Below are positions 37,859 through 47,900 of a stretch of 64,000 bases of DNA, one piece after another (positions within the stretch are counted from its first letter, which is position 1; each line of letters opens with the position of its first letter). A program made the translations under genes and the position numbers. The stretch is from assembly GCA_965248925.1 (NCBI GenBank), contig CBDFLE010000004.1:128001-192000 (forward strand). The letters are read 5' to 3'. The notes under the pieces are model-generated. The model was not told the DNA's origin. It worked only from the letters and a program-made list of their open reading frames with translations, and ran no database searches. Source of the stretch: Candidatus Multivoradales bacterium. Its GTDB lineage: Bacteria; Acidobacteriota; Thermoanaerobaculia; Multivoradales; J023.

Positions 37859-39623
37859 TTCTGCGTCCGAGCAAGATCAGGTTCCCCTCTCGCTGGACCT
37901 CGATCCAGCGGATCGCGCCAGCGATCGGCTGCTGGCGAGGCTGGGATTCCTCGATGATGCGGCGCCGATCTTCGGAGCGGCGACCCAGCTACCGGGCGCC
38001 GGTGCTCTGCTGGCGATTCCCGCCCTGGTGGACAGCGGCGTGCTCTCCATCGCGCAGGAGCTGTACGGCAGCATCGGGCCGGCCTTCTATGGGCTGCGCA
38101 CCACTCTGGTAACCCTGCTGCTGATGGCACTGTTGCGGGTCAAGCGACCCGAAGGGCTCAAGGAGCGCTCACCCCGGCATTTGGGTCAGCTTCTCGGGCT
38201 CGACCGAGCGCCGGAAGTGAAAACCTTGCGCAACAAGCTCGCTCGGCTGGCCGCGCATGGCCTGGCCGCGGATCTCGGTCGCGCCCTCGCTCAGCGCCGG
38301 GTCGCCACCAGGGGCCATGCCATGGGCTTCCTCTACGTGGACGGGCATGTGCGCGCCTACCACGGTGGCCGAGAGATTCCCAAGACACACGTAGCGCGGA
38401 TGCGGATCGCGATGCCGGCCACCACCGACTACTGGGTCAACGATGCTGAGAGCGAGCCTCTCTTCGTGGTCCCCACCGAGGCCAACAAGGGGCTTGCGAC
38501 GATGCTTCCCCTCATTCTCGAAGAGGTACGAAAGCTACTCGGAGACCGGCGAGTCACCGTCGTCTTCGACCGTGGGGGTTGGAGCCCGAAGCTGTTTGCG
38601 AAGCTCATCGCCAAGAAGTTCGACATCCTCACATACCGAAAGGCCCCCTTTCGTCCGGTGCCGTTGAGCAAGTTCGGGCAGATCAAGGACACCATCCACG
38701 GGCGGAAGCTCGAGTACCTCCTCGCCGATCAGCGTATCTACCTCGAGTATGGCCCGAGGAAGAAGCGCAAGCGGCTGTACCTGCGCCAGGTCACCCGCCT
38801 CTGCGACAACGGCCACCAGACGTCCATCATCACCTCCCGCCGCGACCTCTCCACACTCGAGGTCGCCTACCGCATGTTCGATCGTTGGAGGCAAGAGAAC
38901 TTCTTCAAATACCTGCGCGAAGAATTCGCACTCGATGCCCTGGTGGACTATGGCACCGAGCCAGCGGACGCCGCCCGCGATGTGCCGAATCCCGAGCGCG
39001 GCAAGATCAATGCAGAGCTGCGCAAAGCTCACGCACATCTCGAGCAGCTCCGGGCCCACATCGGGATCGCTGCTCTTGAAAACCGCGAGGATCGGCGGCG
39101 CACGATGCGCGGATTCAAGATCGCCAACGCCGCCATCTCCGCCAGGGTCCGGGCAGCGATAGAGCAGATCACCGAACTCGAGAACCAGCGCGCGACCCTC
39201 CCCGTCCGCGTCCCCGTCCAAGAGGTCGTCGAAGCGGATGTCATCAAGCTGTCCGTCGAGCGCAAGCACCTCACCGATATTCTCAAGATGGTCGCCTACC
39301 AGGCCGAAGGTGATCTTCTCCGGCTCCTATCACCCCACTACCGCCGCACCGAGCAGGAGGGACGCACCCTGATCCAAAGCGCTTTCGCGGCCGGCGGCGA
39401 TATGGAGGTTACCGACACCGTGCTGCTCCTTTCCATCGACCCGCTCAGCTCTCCCCACAAGACGGCGGCGATCGCCGCCGTCTGCGAAGAACTCAACGCT
39501 ACCGCCACCCACTTCCCCGGCACCGAGCTACGGATGCGGTTCGCGATCAAGAAGGCGCCACCCCGGAGCCTGGCCTTCCCAGGGCCTCGGAACACCTCCG
39601 GAGGGGCTCAACCGGACATTTGA
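37230..39623 (+). CDS. DDE transposase with N-terminal HTH domains (797 aa; IS4/IS1634-like catalytic signature)
   Basis: YVDGH, VVFDRGG and RWRQENFFKY motifs; two HTH-like segments (QQREVALAFACDVRTVRR, SNREIGRRLGIDEKAVRK). Fills the IS. Confidence 0.85.
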   Translation: MALTSEHTVLFPDHAGVPDGVVVINDRCRLQQRGGYRVVVVSGMPLAHFAAGDRTGEAHAMVSLVELGWAQQREVALAFACDVRTVRRNQRRFEEGGLAALGRPRGFPRGQSRVAQGRLDAVNGWKAEDVSNREIGRRLGIDEKAVRKLAKRLGWKERSVVQMTMPFESADPKLSASDEQQVDGPLKTADLALDAEGGGDPAAADPKLSASASEQDQVPLSLDLDPADRASDRLLARLGFLDDAAPIFGAATQLPGAGALLAIPALVDSGVLSIAQELYGSIGPAFYGLRTTLVTLLLMALLRVKRPEGLKERSPRHLGQLLGLDRAPEVKTLRNKLARLAAHGLAADLGRALAQRRVATRGHAMGFLYVDGHVRAYHGGREIPKTHVARMRIAMPATTDYWVNDAESEPLFVVPTEANKGLATMLPLILEEVRKLLGDRRVTVVFDRGGWSPKLFAKLIAKKFDILTYRKAPFRPVPLSKFGQIKDTIHGRKLEYLLADQRIYLEYGPRKKRKRLYLRQVTRLCDNGHQTSIITSRRDLSTLEVAYRMFDRWRQENFFKYLREEFALDALVDYGTEPADAARDVPNPERGKINAELRKAHAHLEQLRAHIGIAALENREDRRRTMRGFKIANAAISARVRAAIEQITELENQRATLPVRVPVQEVVEADVIKLSVERKHLTDILKMVAYQAEGDLLRLLSPHYRRTEQEGRTLIQSAFAAGGDMEVTDTVLLLSIDPLSSPHKTAAIAAVCEELNATATHFPGTELRMRFAIKKAPPRSLAFPGPRNTSGGAQPDI

Positions 39624-39913
39624 GAAAAAGGGTATGTCAGGAGTTCTGGACTCAGGGAGCGAGCGAGGTCGAAGTCCGCCGGCCGCAGACGGGCCGGCGC
39701 CGCCGGCCCGATCCGTACCGAGACCCAGCGGCCGACCATTGCGGCTCTGGGTTCTAGGTTGGTGAGTTCACCGCGATAGAACACCCACTCGACGAAGATC
39801 AGAGAATCGCGCCAAGAATCAAAGAGATATTTGCGGGTGATCTTTTGTTGCCCTTTGATTTGTCGCCAATCGGGTAGGGTGTTTAGGGCCTGTTGGATCT
39901 CTTCGTCGGTCAT
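39608..39913 (-). CDS. Pterin-4a-carbinolamine dehydratase (PCD/DCoH)-like protein, copy 1; 3' end replaced by IS sequence
   Basis: EEIQQALNTLPDW...ITRKYLF...FVEWV...E...P...V.V...DFDLARSL pattern. The HHP and TH motifs are replaced by LEP and GP. Confidence 0.7.
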   Translation of the reverse strand: MTDEEIQQALNTLPDWRQIKGQQKITRKYLFDSWRDSLIFVEWVFYRGELTNLEPRAAMVGRWVSVRIGPAAPARLRPADFDLARSLSPELLTYPFSQMSG

Positions 39914-40051
39914 CGCTTGCTCCTTGGGTCTAGGAGGATGGTAGGCGATGACAGGAGGGATTGAGCAGACGTCCTGCTTTTCAAGCGCTCACTCCGCGCG
40001 GCCCGTCCCGTGATCGTCGGACTACCTGGCGGCTGGTTGATTCTGAGGCTT

Positions 40052-40104
40052 GAGGACTGTGAGTCCTCTTCATTGAGTAAGAGAGAGGACTGAGAGTCCT
40101 CTCT
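40052..40104. promoter_or_regulatory. Two tandem palindromic operators GAGGACT-N3-AGTCCTC
   Basis: 40052-40068 (7-3-7) and 40082-40104 (10-3-10), centres 33 bp apart, in the divergent intergenic region between the PCD-like and HTH-TPR genes. Confidence 0.7.
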
Positions 40105-40196
40105 GTCCAAAAACTCCGTCGTTTTTGCTGTCGAGGCCCCGGAGAGCCGTTGGTTGCGATACTCTTTGGGCCTAATCAATATCTCTGGAGGGAGCA

Positions 40197-41534
40197 ATGT
40201 TTGGCGAATCAGCGAGCGAGCAGCACCAGCGATGCCTACAAACGCTGAAGGCCCATGTGCGACGGCATCCGATGTCGGTAAGGGAGATCGAGCGGCGCCT
40301 GGGATATTCTCCGTCCTACTTGCACCGGATCCTTCGTGGCAAAGTAGGGTTGTCGTTTGAGGGCTTGTTGCAGCTGCTCGAAGTCGTGGATATGAGCTTC
40401 GAGGAGCTGGCGATCAAGACGGCGCGAGTGGATGCTGAGGGATTGTTGGAGAGGGCCTTACCTCCGGGCACGGTAGATCCGCCAGAGATTGAGGAGCTGG
40501 CGTTGATAGCCAGTCAGCTCATCGTCGGCGAGTATACTGACAAGGTCCACGATTCGGCATGCCAGGCACTGTTCCAGGCGGTGAGGGATGCTGATGATCA
40601 GCGTTACTCGGCCCCATGGCTAGCTGCCGCGAAGGTGCGCCCAATAGCAACTCATGTTGCTCCTAGAATAGCTGGAATAGTGGCGTTGGAGCTCTTCTGC
40701 CGAGCGACCAGCGTCTACGGGTCTTGCTGCCGCATCGGTGGAAGCGTTCAGCACGCGATCCGTACCCTGATCACTACCAGCCAGCTCGCTCGGTCGTGCG
40801 GGTCGAGTCATCGGGCGGACTGGCTTCTTCGTGCTGCGTCAGCCTTGAATAGTCACAGTGAGCATGATGCCGGTCTGGAAGTCGCTATCGTAGCTGGGGA
40901 GATTTTTGAGAGATTGGGCGACAGTGCGGGCGTAGGCTCGTCTTTCATCAGCAAAGCGATTTCGATGACACTTATACCGGACAGCGAGCGAGCCGAGGCG
41001 GCCTTTCGCACAGCGCTTCTTCATATTCCACTGAATGGGCATTCACGTCTGCTGATAGCAGCGCATCACGGTTTGGCGAAGCTTCTAGTCGAACGGGAGG
41101 ACTTAGAGCAGGCGGGTTCCCACCTTGAAATAGTGTCATCGAAGATTTATAAGTCGGACACCTATAGTCGGGGAATGTTGGCCAGAACCTTAGGTAACTG
41201 GCATAGGAAGAAGGGACACAGGGAAGAGGCGATAGAGAACCTACGGCAAGCGGAGGGTTTCTTTCTTGAGATCAATCCCTTCGACACGGCGTTTGTCGTG
41301 CTGGACCAGATCGATTTCTGTTTGGAAGATGGCCGACTCCAAGAGGCGGTCAGAATCGCGGAAGACACGGCCGATGTGATCGAGCTACTCAAATCGAATC
41401 CGGTCGCTGGTGGCATTCTCATGAGACTACGAGACGCTGCCCAGAAGGGAAGGTTGACTGCTCGGCTGATTGAAGCTGCTCGTAAGAAGATAGCCGGCGG
41501 GCGCCGGTTCGGAATCCGCCCGCCGGTAGCCTAG
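40197..41534 (+). CDS. XRE-type HTH + TPR-like regulator, allele 1
   Basis: MSVREIERRLGYSPSYLHRILRG HTH; TPR-like helices (AHHGLAKLLVEREDLEQA, LGNWHRKKGHREEAIENLRQA); GGAGGG RBS; lower GC. Confidence 0.8.
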   Translation: MFGESASEQHQRCLQTLKAHVRRHPMSVREIERRLGYSPSYLHRILRGKVGLSFEGLLQLLEVVDMSFEELAIKTARVDAEGLLERALPPGTVDPPEIEELALIASQLIVGEYTDKVHDSACQALFQAVRDADDQRYSAPWLAAAKVRPIATHVAPRIAGIVALELFCRATSVYGSCCRIGGSVQHAIRTLITTSQLARSCGSSHRADWLLRAASALNSHSEHDAGLEVAIVAGEIFERLGDSAGVGSSFISKAISMTLIPDSERAEAAFRTALLHIPLNGHSRLLIAAHHGLAKLLVEREDLEQAGSHLEIVSSKIYKSDTYSRGMLARTLGNWHRKKGHREEAIENLRQAEGFFLEINPFDTAFVVLDQIDFCLEDGRLQEAVRIAEDTADVIELLKSNPVAGGILMRLRDAAQKGRLTARLIEAARKKIAGGRRFGIRPPVA

Positions 41535-41865
41535 CTAGCCACTAGGATCGATGGACGTACCGAACTGCATCTCCGCTGACTTGTACTTGAGCATCTGGTT
41601 CTCCCTTGAAACGAGCTGGCCGGGCCACGACATTGTGCCCGCTGCCCGCTACTGGGGCCAAAGCTACCGTGCTTCTCCGAGTAGATCCTTGATTTGAATG
41701 CCCATCAGAGGGTGGTCGAGACCGTGAACTCGGATTGAGCGCAAGTAGCCTCGGTAGGCTTGTAAGCCACTTGGGGCCAGCTATTAGCTCCGAGTGAGGC
41801 TCGTCTCTTGGCTGATCCGAGGCGGCTTGGGCAGCAGAACCTCTATCATTCAGTGATCTGAGGGG

Positions 41866-41902
41866 AAACGGTTCATTTCGAGCTTGCACAAATGAACCGT
41901 TT
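41866..41902. promoter_or_regulatory. 13-N11-13 inverted repeat, copy 2
   Basis: Arms identical to 5053..5089 with a different spacer; shared flanks CAGTGAT..GAGGGG and GGTCTC; 33 bp upstream of the RHS 2 ATG. Confidence 0.7.
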
Positions 41903-41935
41903 GGTCTCAGCGGTGGACTTGCCTACAGTCTTCCG

Positions 41936-44900
41936 ATGCCAAAACAGCCCTCTCTGCGCTTTCTCCTCATCCTCCAGGTCTCTCTCGGAGTTCTCTTACT
42001 GTCGGCGAGTGCCGCTCAGGCGGCGCCGGTCTTTGTCTCGGTAACCCCCGTCGACGGCACTCTGTCGAGCGCCGCGTCGGTGACTCTGACGATCGAGGTG
42101 CAGGCCGCTGCCAGCTTGCAGGTGGACGGCCAAGCGGTCACTACGGTCGATCCCTCGGGGACGGTGTGGACCGCCGGCCCCTACTCGCTGAGCGAAGGGG
42201 AGCGGGTGTTCGTGTTGATCGCCGAGGACGCTTCTGGGGTGCAGGCTCAGCAGCTGCACCGGGTGGTGCGGGACTCGCTGCCGCCGGTGCTGAGCTTGAG
42301 CCAGCCGGCGGCGGGGGCGATCGTTGCCAGCTCGCCGCTCATCGTGGTCGGCACGGCGGTGGATGCGCATCTGGCGGCGGTGCGGGTGGGGGGCCAGGTG
42401 GCGGCTCTCAGTGGTGCGAGTTTTTCGCACTCTCTGGTCTTGGTGGAGGGCGAGCAGACGTTCACCGTGGAGGCGAGCGACAGCCTGGGGCAGAGCGGGC
42501 AGCAGAGTGTGACGGTGACTCTCGATAGCCAGCCGCCGACGGTGGCGCTGTTGGAAGGAGCTCAGCCGTTGGCGGCGGATGCGCTGTTCAATCGCTCGGT
42601 GGTGCTGAGCTTCAGCGTCACGGATGCGACGGCTACGACGGTCGAAGCGCTGCTCGACGGCGCTTCATTCACCTCCGGCACGACGGTGAGCGCGGCGGGT
42701 TCGCATGTGTTCTCAGTGACCGCCACCGACGCGGCTGGCCAGCCGACTAGCGTCAGCCGGAGCTTTGAGATCGACCTGACGGCGCCGTCTTTTCTCAGCT
42801 TCACGCCGAGCGATGGCACGCTCTTGGCAGACTCGCAGGTGACCCTCAGCGGGGTGGTGGAGGGTGCGGCCGCGCTGAGTGTCGAGGGGCAGGCGGCGAG
42901 CCTGGTGGGGCAGTCGTGGACGGCCGGGGCGTTGCAGCTGATCGAGGGGGAGCGGGAGATTTCTATCCTCGCTACTGATCTGGCGGGCAATAGCGCCTCG
43001 TTCACCTTGCATTTGGAGCGCGACGCGACGGCGCCGCAGCTGATCGGCCTGGTGCCCAGCCTGGACACGGTTCTGGCGACCTCGCCGGTGGCCGTAAGCG
43101 GCACCGCGAGTGACGCCCACTTGCTGGAGGTGCGGGTGGGGGGCGAGCTGGCGAGCCTGACGGGCTCGCAGTTCAGCCACCCGGCGGTAGTGCTGGTGGA
43201 GGGTGAGAATCTCCTGCCGATCGTGGCCACGGATCAGGTGGGCCATCAGGCGACGGCCGAGCTGCGGCTGGTGCTCGACACCCAAGCACCGACGCTGTCG
43301 CTGCTGGTGGCGGGAGTGCCGCTGCAGGGTGGGGCGGTGTTCGCCGGCCCGGTGACGCCTGAGATCTCGGCCAGCGACGCCACCGAGGTGGTGACGTCGG
43401 CGACTCTCGACGGCGCCACCTACCTGCCGGGGACGGTGATTGATGGCGATGGCTTGCATCAGCTGTCGGTGAGCGCCAGCGACGCGGCGGGCCATCAGGC
43501 GACGGTGCTGGTGAGCTTCAGCCTCGACCTGGCGGCGCCGGTGTTCGCGGATCTGGCGCCGGTGGATGGCAGTGTGGACAGCGGGGCTCAGGTGACGCTG
43601 ACCGGCCGCGCGCCGGGGGCGGTGTCGGTGTCGGTGGACGGGCAGGCGGCGACGCTGGCGGGGGATGGCTTCAGCGCCGGTCCCTTCAATTTGAGCGAGG
43701 GAGAGCGGGTGTTCTTGCTCGCCGCCACCGATAGCGGCGGCAACGTCACCCAGCTGACCCACCACCTGACTCGCGATTCGACGGCGCCGCAGCTCACTCT
43801 CGGCCAGCCGGCGGCCGGAGCCCTGCTGGGGAGTACCTCGGTCGATGTCAGCGGTACGGCGAGTGATCCGCGTCTCGATCAGGTGACGGTCAATGGGGTG
43901 CTGGCCGAGCTCAGTGGCGGCGCTTTCCTGGCCCGTCAGGTGCCGCTTATTGAAGGTGACAATGTACTCACGGTGGTGGCGGCGGACACGGTGGGCAACG
44001 AGGTCCAAACGACCCGCTCGGTGACCGTTGATACGACGCCGCCGACGGTCGTCATCACCGACCCGGCCAGCGGCACGATCACCCCCGAGGCGGGGCTGAC
44101 CCTGTCGGGCAGCGCCGCGGATCCTCATCTCGATCGGGTCGAGGTGGCGGGGGTGGGGGCGAGCTTGGCGGGTGGGCAATGGTCGTTGGCGGTGGATCTG
44201 CAAGAGGGCAGTAACACTTTCACCGTCGAAGCCTTCGACCCGCTCGGCCACAGCACCAGCGCTAGCGTCACGGTGACCCGCGACAGCTCGGCGCCTGAGA
44301 TCCACATCGAGAGCCCGGCCGAGGGGCTTTACAGCCCAGCAGCGAATCTCACGGTCAGCGGCACGGTGGTCGCGGAGCCCGATTTGACGGTGACGGTGGG
44401 CGGCGTGGCGGCGACGGTGGCGGGCAGTAGCTGGAGCGCCGCCGCGGTGCCGCTAGTAGAGGGTGAGAACCGGCTGATCGCAAGGGTGACCGACGCCCTG
44501 GGCAACCAAGGCACTCACACGCGGGTGGTGTGGCGCGACAACCAAGCGCCGGAGTTTCTATCGTCGATCCCCGCCGCGGGGGCTCTCGAGCTGCCGGCCG
44601 GCAGCAGCTTCCGGCTGCGCTTCAGCGAGCCGTTGGCGGCGCCCAGCGGGGGCGCCTACAGCCTCAGCACCTTGGCCGGGCAAGCCCTGGCGAGCAGCGC
44701 CGAGATCGATGGCGACGACTTGGTGATCACCCCGCAGGCAGCACTGCCGTCGGCCACCGAGCTGCGCCTGGTGCTAGGGGCGGGGCTGGTCGATCGGGCG
44801 GGCAATGCTCTAGCGGCGGCTCATACTCTGGCTTTCACCGTGGTCGATGGCGGCTCCCCGGCGGCGCCGCAGCTCGACGCCTACGCTAGCTATCTCTGTG

Positions 44901-47900
44901 CGCCGGCTACCACCCTTGCCGGCAGTGCCGAGCCTGGTGCTTGGATCGAGGTAGATGGCGGGGCCTCAGTAGGAGCGGGGCAGGTGGCAGACGATGGCCG
45001 TTTCGCCATCAGCGTCGTGCTGCTGCCCGAGGGGCCGAATCACCTGACGGTGATCGCCGTCGACGCCGCGGGCAACCCCTCGCCCGCGACGAGCGCCGAT
45101 ATCGTCCACGATTGCACCGCGCCGGAAGTGCTGGGTGCCAGCCGGGAGGCGGCGGGATTCCGCATCGCCCTCAGCGAGACGGTCGACCCGCTGAGCTTGA
45201 GCGGCTCGGTGCGGGTGTACGACGGCGGGATGGAAATCGCCGGCACAGAGAGTGCGACTGCCAGCGAGCTGATCTGGACCGCCAGCGGAGCGTTGCCAGC
45301 AGTCGCTCTGCTGGTCGAAGTCGAGGGAGCTTTGGCGGACCTGGCCGGCAACCCGTTGGCTTTCCCCTACCGGCAACTCTTCGATATAGCCCTGGGCGGT
45401 AGCTTCTTCTCTGGCACCGCTATCGACGACGCCAGCGGCCGGCCGCTGGCCGGGGTGCGGGCGGTGGTGACGGCTAGCGACGGGGTGGCCCTGGCCGAGC
45501 CCTGGCCGGAGCAGACCAGCGGCGAGGACGGTCGCCTGGTGATCGCTCTGCCCGCCGGCACTCACGACGTGACCTTTGCCCGGCCGGGCTACACGCCGGT
45601 GTTTCGGGTGGTGACGACGGTCGACGGCCAAGGCACGGACGTTTTCGACCCTCGCCTGACGCCGGCCGCGGCGGCGGTGTCGATAGATGCATCGGGCGGC
45701 TTGGTGGAGGGCTCTTCCGAGGTCGGCACGGCGCCGCGTCTCACTCTTCCGCTCGCCGGCCTGGCGTCGGCTGCGGCGGTGCGCCTGACGGCGGTGGGCG
45801 GCCAGGGGCTGGCCGCCTTGCTGCCCTACGGCTGGGCACCGCGGGGTGCCGTCTGGGTGGATCTCTCGGCCGTGAATCTGGATAGTTCCGCGACCCTCGA
45901 TCTGCCGGTGACCTCGGCCGACGGGACGGTCCTGGAAGCGGTGACTCTCGATCTCGCCACCCTGCAATGGCGTTCGCTGGGGGTGGTGACGGTGAGCGGC
46001 GGCGAGGTCACGATGACCGTCGACGGCGAAGGAGCCTGGGCGGCGGTGGAAGCCGACTCGGGAGCTTTGGCGCCGCCCCCGGCGGTCGCTGGCCAGATGC
46101 TGGGCTCCTCGGCCGCGCCGCCGTCCGGCGGGGTGACTAGCGCCAGCCTGAGCTTCGATCCCGAGGTGGTCTTGCCGACGCAGCGCAGCTGGGTACAGGT
46201 GCTCTACGGGCTGGCGGCGGAGGTGCCGAGCGGGGTGCCGCTGACTTTGTCGATCGAGGAGCGGCTGGAGCTACTCGATGGCAGCGTGCGGCGGATCAGT
46301 CCCTACAGCGCCGATCTGGTGCTCTACCGCGATTCGCTGGGCGATCCGACCTCGAGGTTCCGCCTGCGGCCTTCGGCCGCGGCGCGCAGCCTGCCGGTGC
46401 GGCTAGGTGCCGAGCAAGTCAGCGTGCGGTCCTACGGTGATGAGACGGTGCGCGGCAACGTGCTCGGCCCCGACGGCGGGGTGGTGTCGAGTGCCGAGGG
46501 CGATCAGGTGGTGTTGCCGACGGGAGCCCTCGAGGAGCCCACGGCGGTGACCCTGAGTCGCCGGACAGTGGCAGATCTGCCGCTGGCTCCACCCGCTGGT
46601 GGCACGGTCGATGGCGTCTTGGAGCTGGACCTTGCCGGCCGCCGGCTGTTGCTGCCGGCTGAGTTGTCGTGGTCGCTGACCCCGGCACCGGCTGCTGGCA
46701 CGCCGGGTTTGTTGCTAGGGGTGGTGGAAGTGGAAGGCGAGCCGCGCTATCGGGCGATTGCCGAGCTGGAAGCCACCGCCACGGGCTGGAGGACCCAGGC
46801 GATTGACGCTGCCGATCTGGCCTGGCCGGGGGTGCTGGAAGGTGGTTTGTACGTTTTCTTGCGCCTCGATGCGGCACCGCGCTTTGTGCGGGGCATGGTG
46901 CTTGACCCAGGAGGTGCTCCGGTCGTGGGCGCGGTGGTCGAGTCGACGACGGTGCCTTGGCTCCAGATCTCAGCCGCCGAGGGTGGCTACGTGCTGCCGA
47001 TTCTGCTGGATGCCGCCACTCTCAGCGCGCGGCGCGCGGTCACCGGCAACGCGGTGGCGGTGGCGCTGCCGGCCGGGGTTGCGGCGGAGCGGGTCGATCT
47101 CGATCTGCCGCTACAGATCGTGGCGCCGTGGGTCGAGCAGATCACTCCGTCAGCGGGCACCAGCGGAGTGTTGCTCGGGGTCAATCCAGTGGTGCGTTTC
47201 AGCGAGCCGGTGGATCGGGCCTCGCTCGATGGCGCTATCGAGCTGCGCCAGGGGGGCGTGGCGGTGGCGGTGGCACTCGATCACCAGGGCGCCCTGGTCA
47301 CCCTGCTACCGCAGGCGACGCTGGTGCCTGGCAGTGAGTACGAGGTCTGGGTGGGGGCGGCGGTGCGTGACTTGCAGGGCTATGGGCTGAGCGGCTCGGT
47401 GAGCGTGCTGTTTAGCACCGAGGTGGTGGCGACGCCAGCCGGGGTCGATCGCGGGCGGATCTTCCTGGTCGAGCCCGATGCCCAGGGGCTGGCGCGAGTG
47501 GAGGGCGTGGCGGGGGCGGCGCCGGCCGGCACGCTGGTCTTCGTCGAAAACCTGACGTCGTTCTCGACCACCGAGTCTGTACAGAGCGCGGGTGACGGTA
47601 GCTTCCTGCTGACGATCGGCGCCAGCCTCGAGGATCAGCTGCTGCTGCATGTGCTGATCGATGGGGGTAACGAGGTAGTGATCCTGCTGACTCCGTTCCT
47701 GGGCGCCGACCTGCGCACCGGCCTGGCGGGGACGGGGGCGGGGGAGTTTACGACCGCCGATGGAATCACTGTACGCTACTCGGCTGGCACCTTCGCCGGG
47801 CCGTCCAGGGTAAAGGTGACGCCGATCGCCATGGGCACGCTCGCGGCGGCAGAAGACTTCAGCGAGCTGGTGACCTTCCGGCTGGAGATCGCCGGCGCGC

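Larger units (their letters stand above)
37120..39648 (+). mobile_element. Insertion sequence, 2529 bp, 19-bp imperfect TIRs, probable 5-bp target duplication
   Basis: Left end CAGACCTCCTGACCTACCC versus reverse-complemented right end CAGAACTCCTGACATACCC (17/19). Flanks are GAATC and GACTC; the empty site CACAGG-GACTC-AGGGAG is seen at ~59484-59500. Confidence 0.92.

Noticed and set aside
37017-37874. 285-aa minus-strand ORF with repeated GQFWVR
   Set aside because: Antisense to the transposase and crosses the IS boundary; the repeat is the 21-bp DNA motif.
39910-40197. 95-aa minus-strand ORF with an EDSQSS repeat
   Set aside because: The peptide repeat is simply the translation of the two DNA palindromes, and the ORF has no counterpart in unit 2.
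41551-41697. 48-codon ORF after the HTH-TPR gene as an RRNPP-type signalling peptide
   Set aside because: No signal-peptide character, weak RBS spacing, and no equivalent after allele 2.
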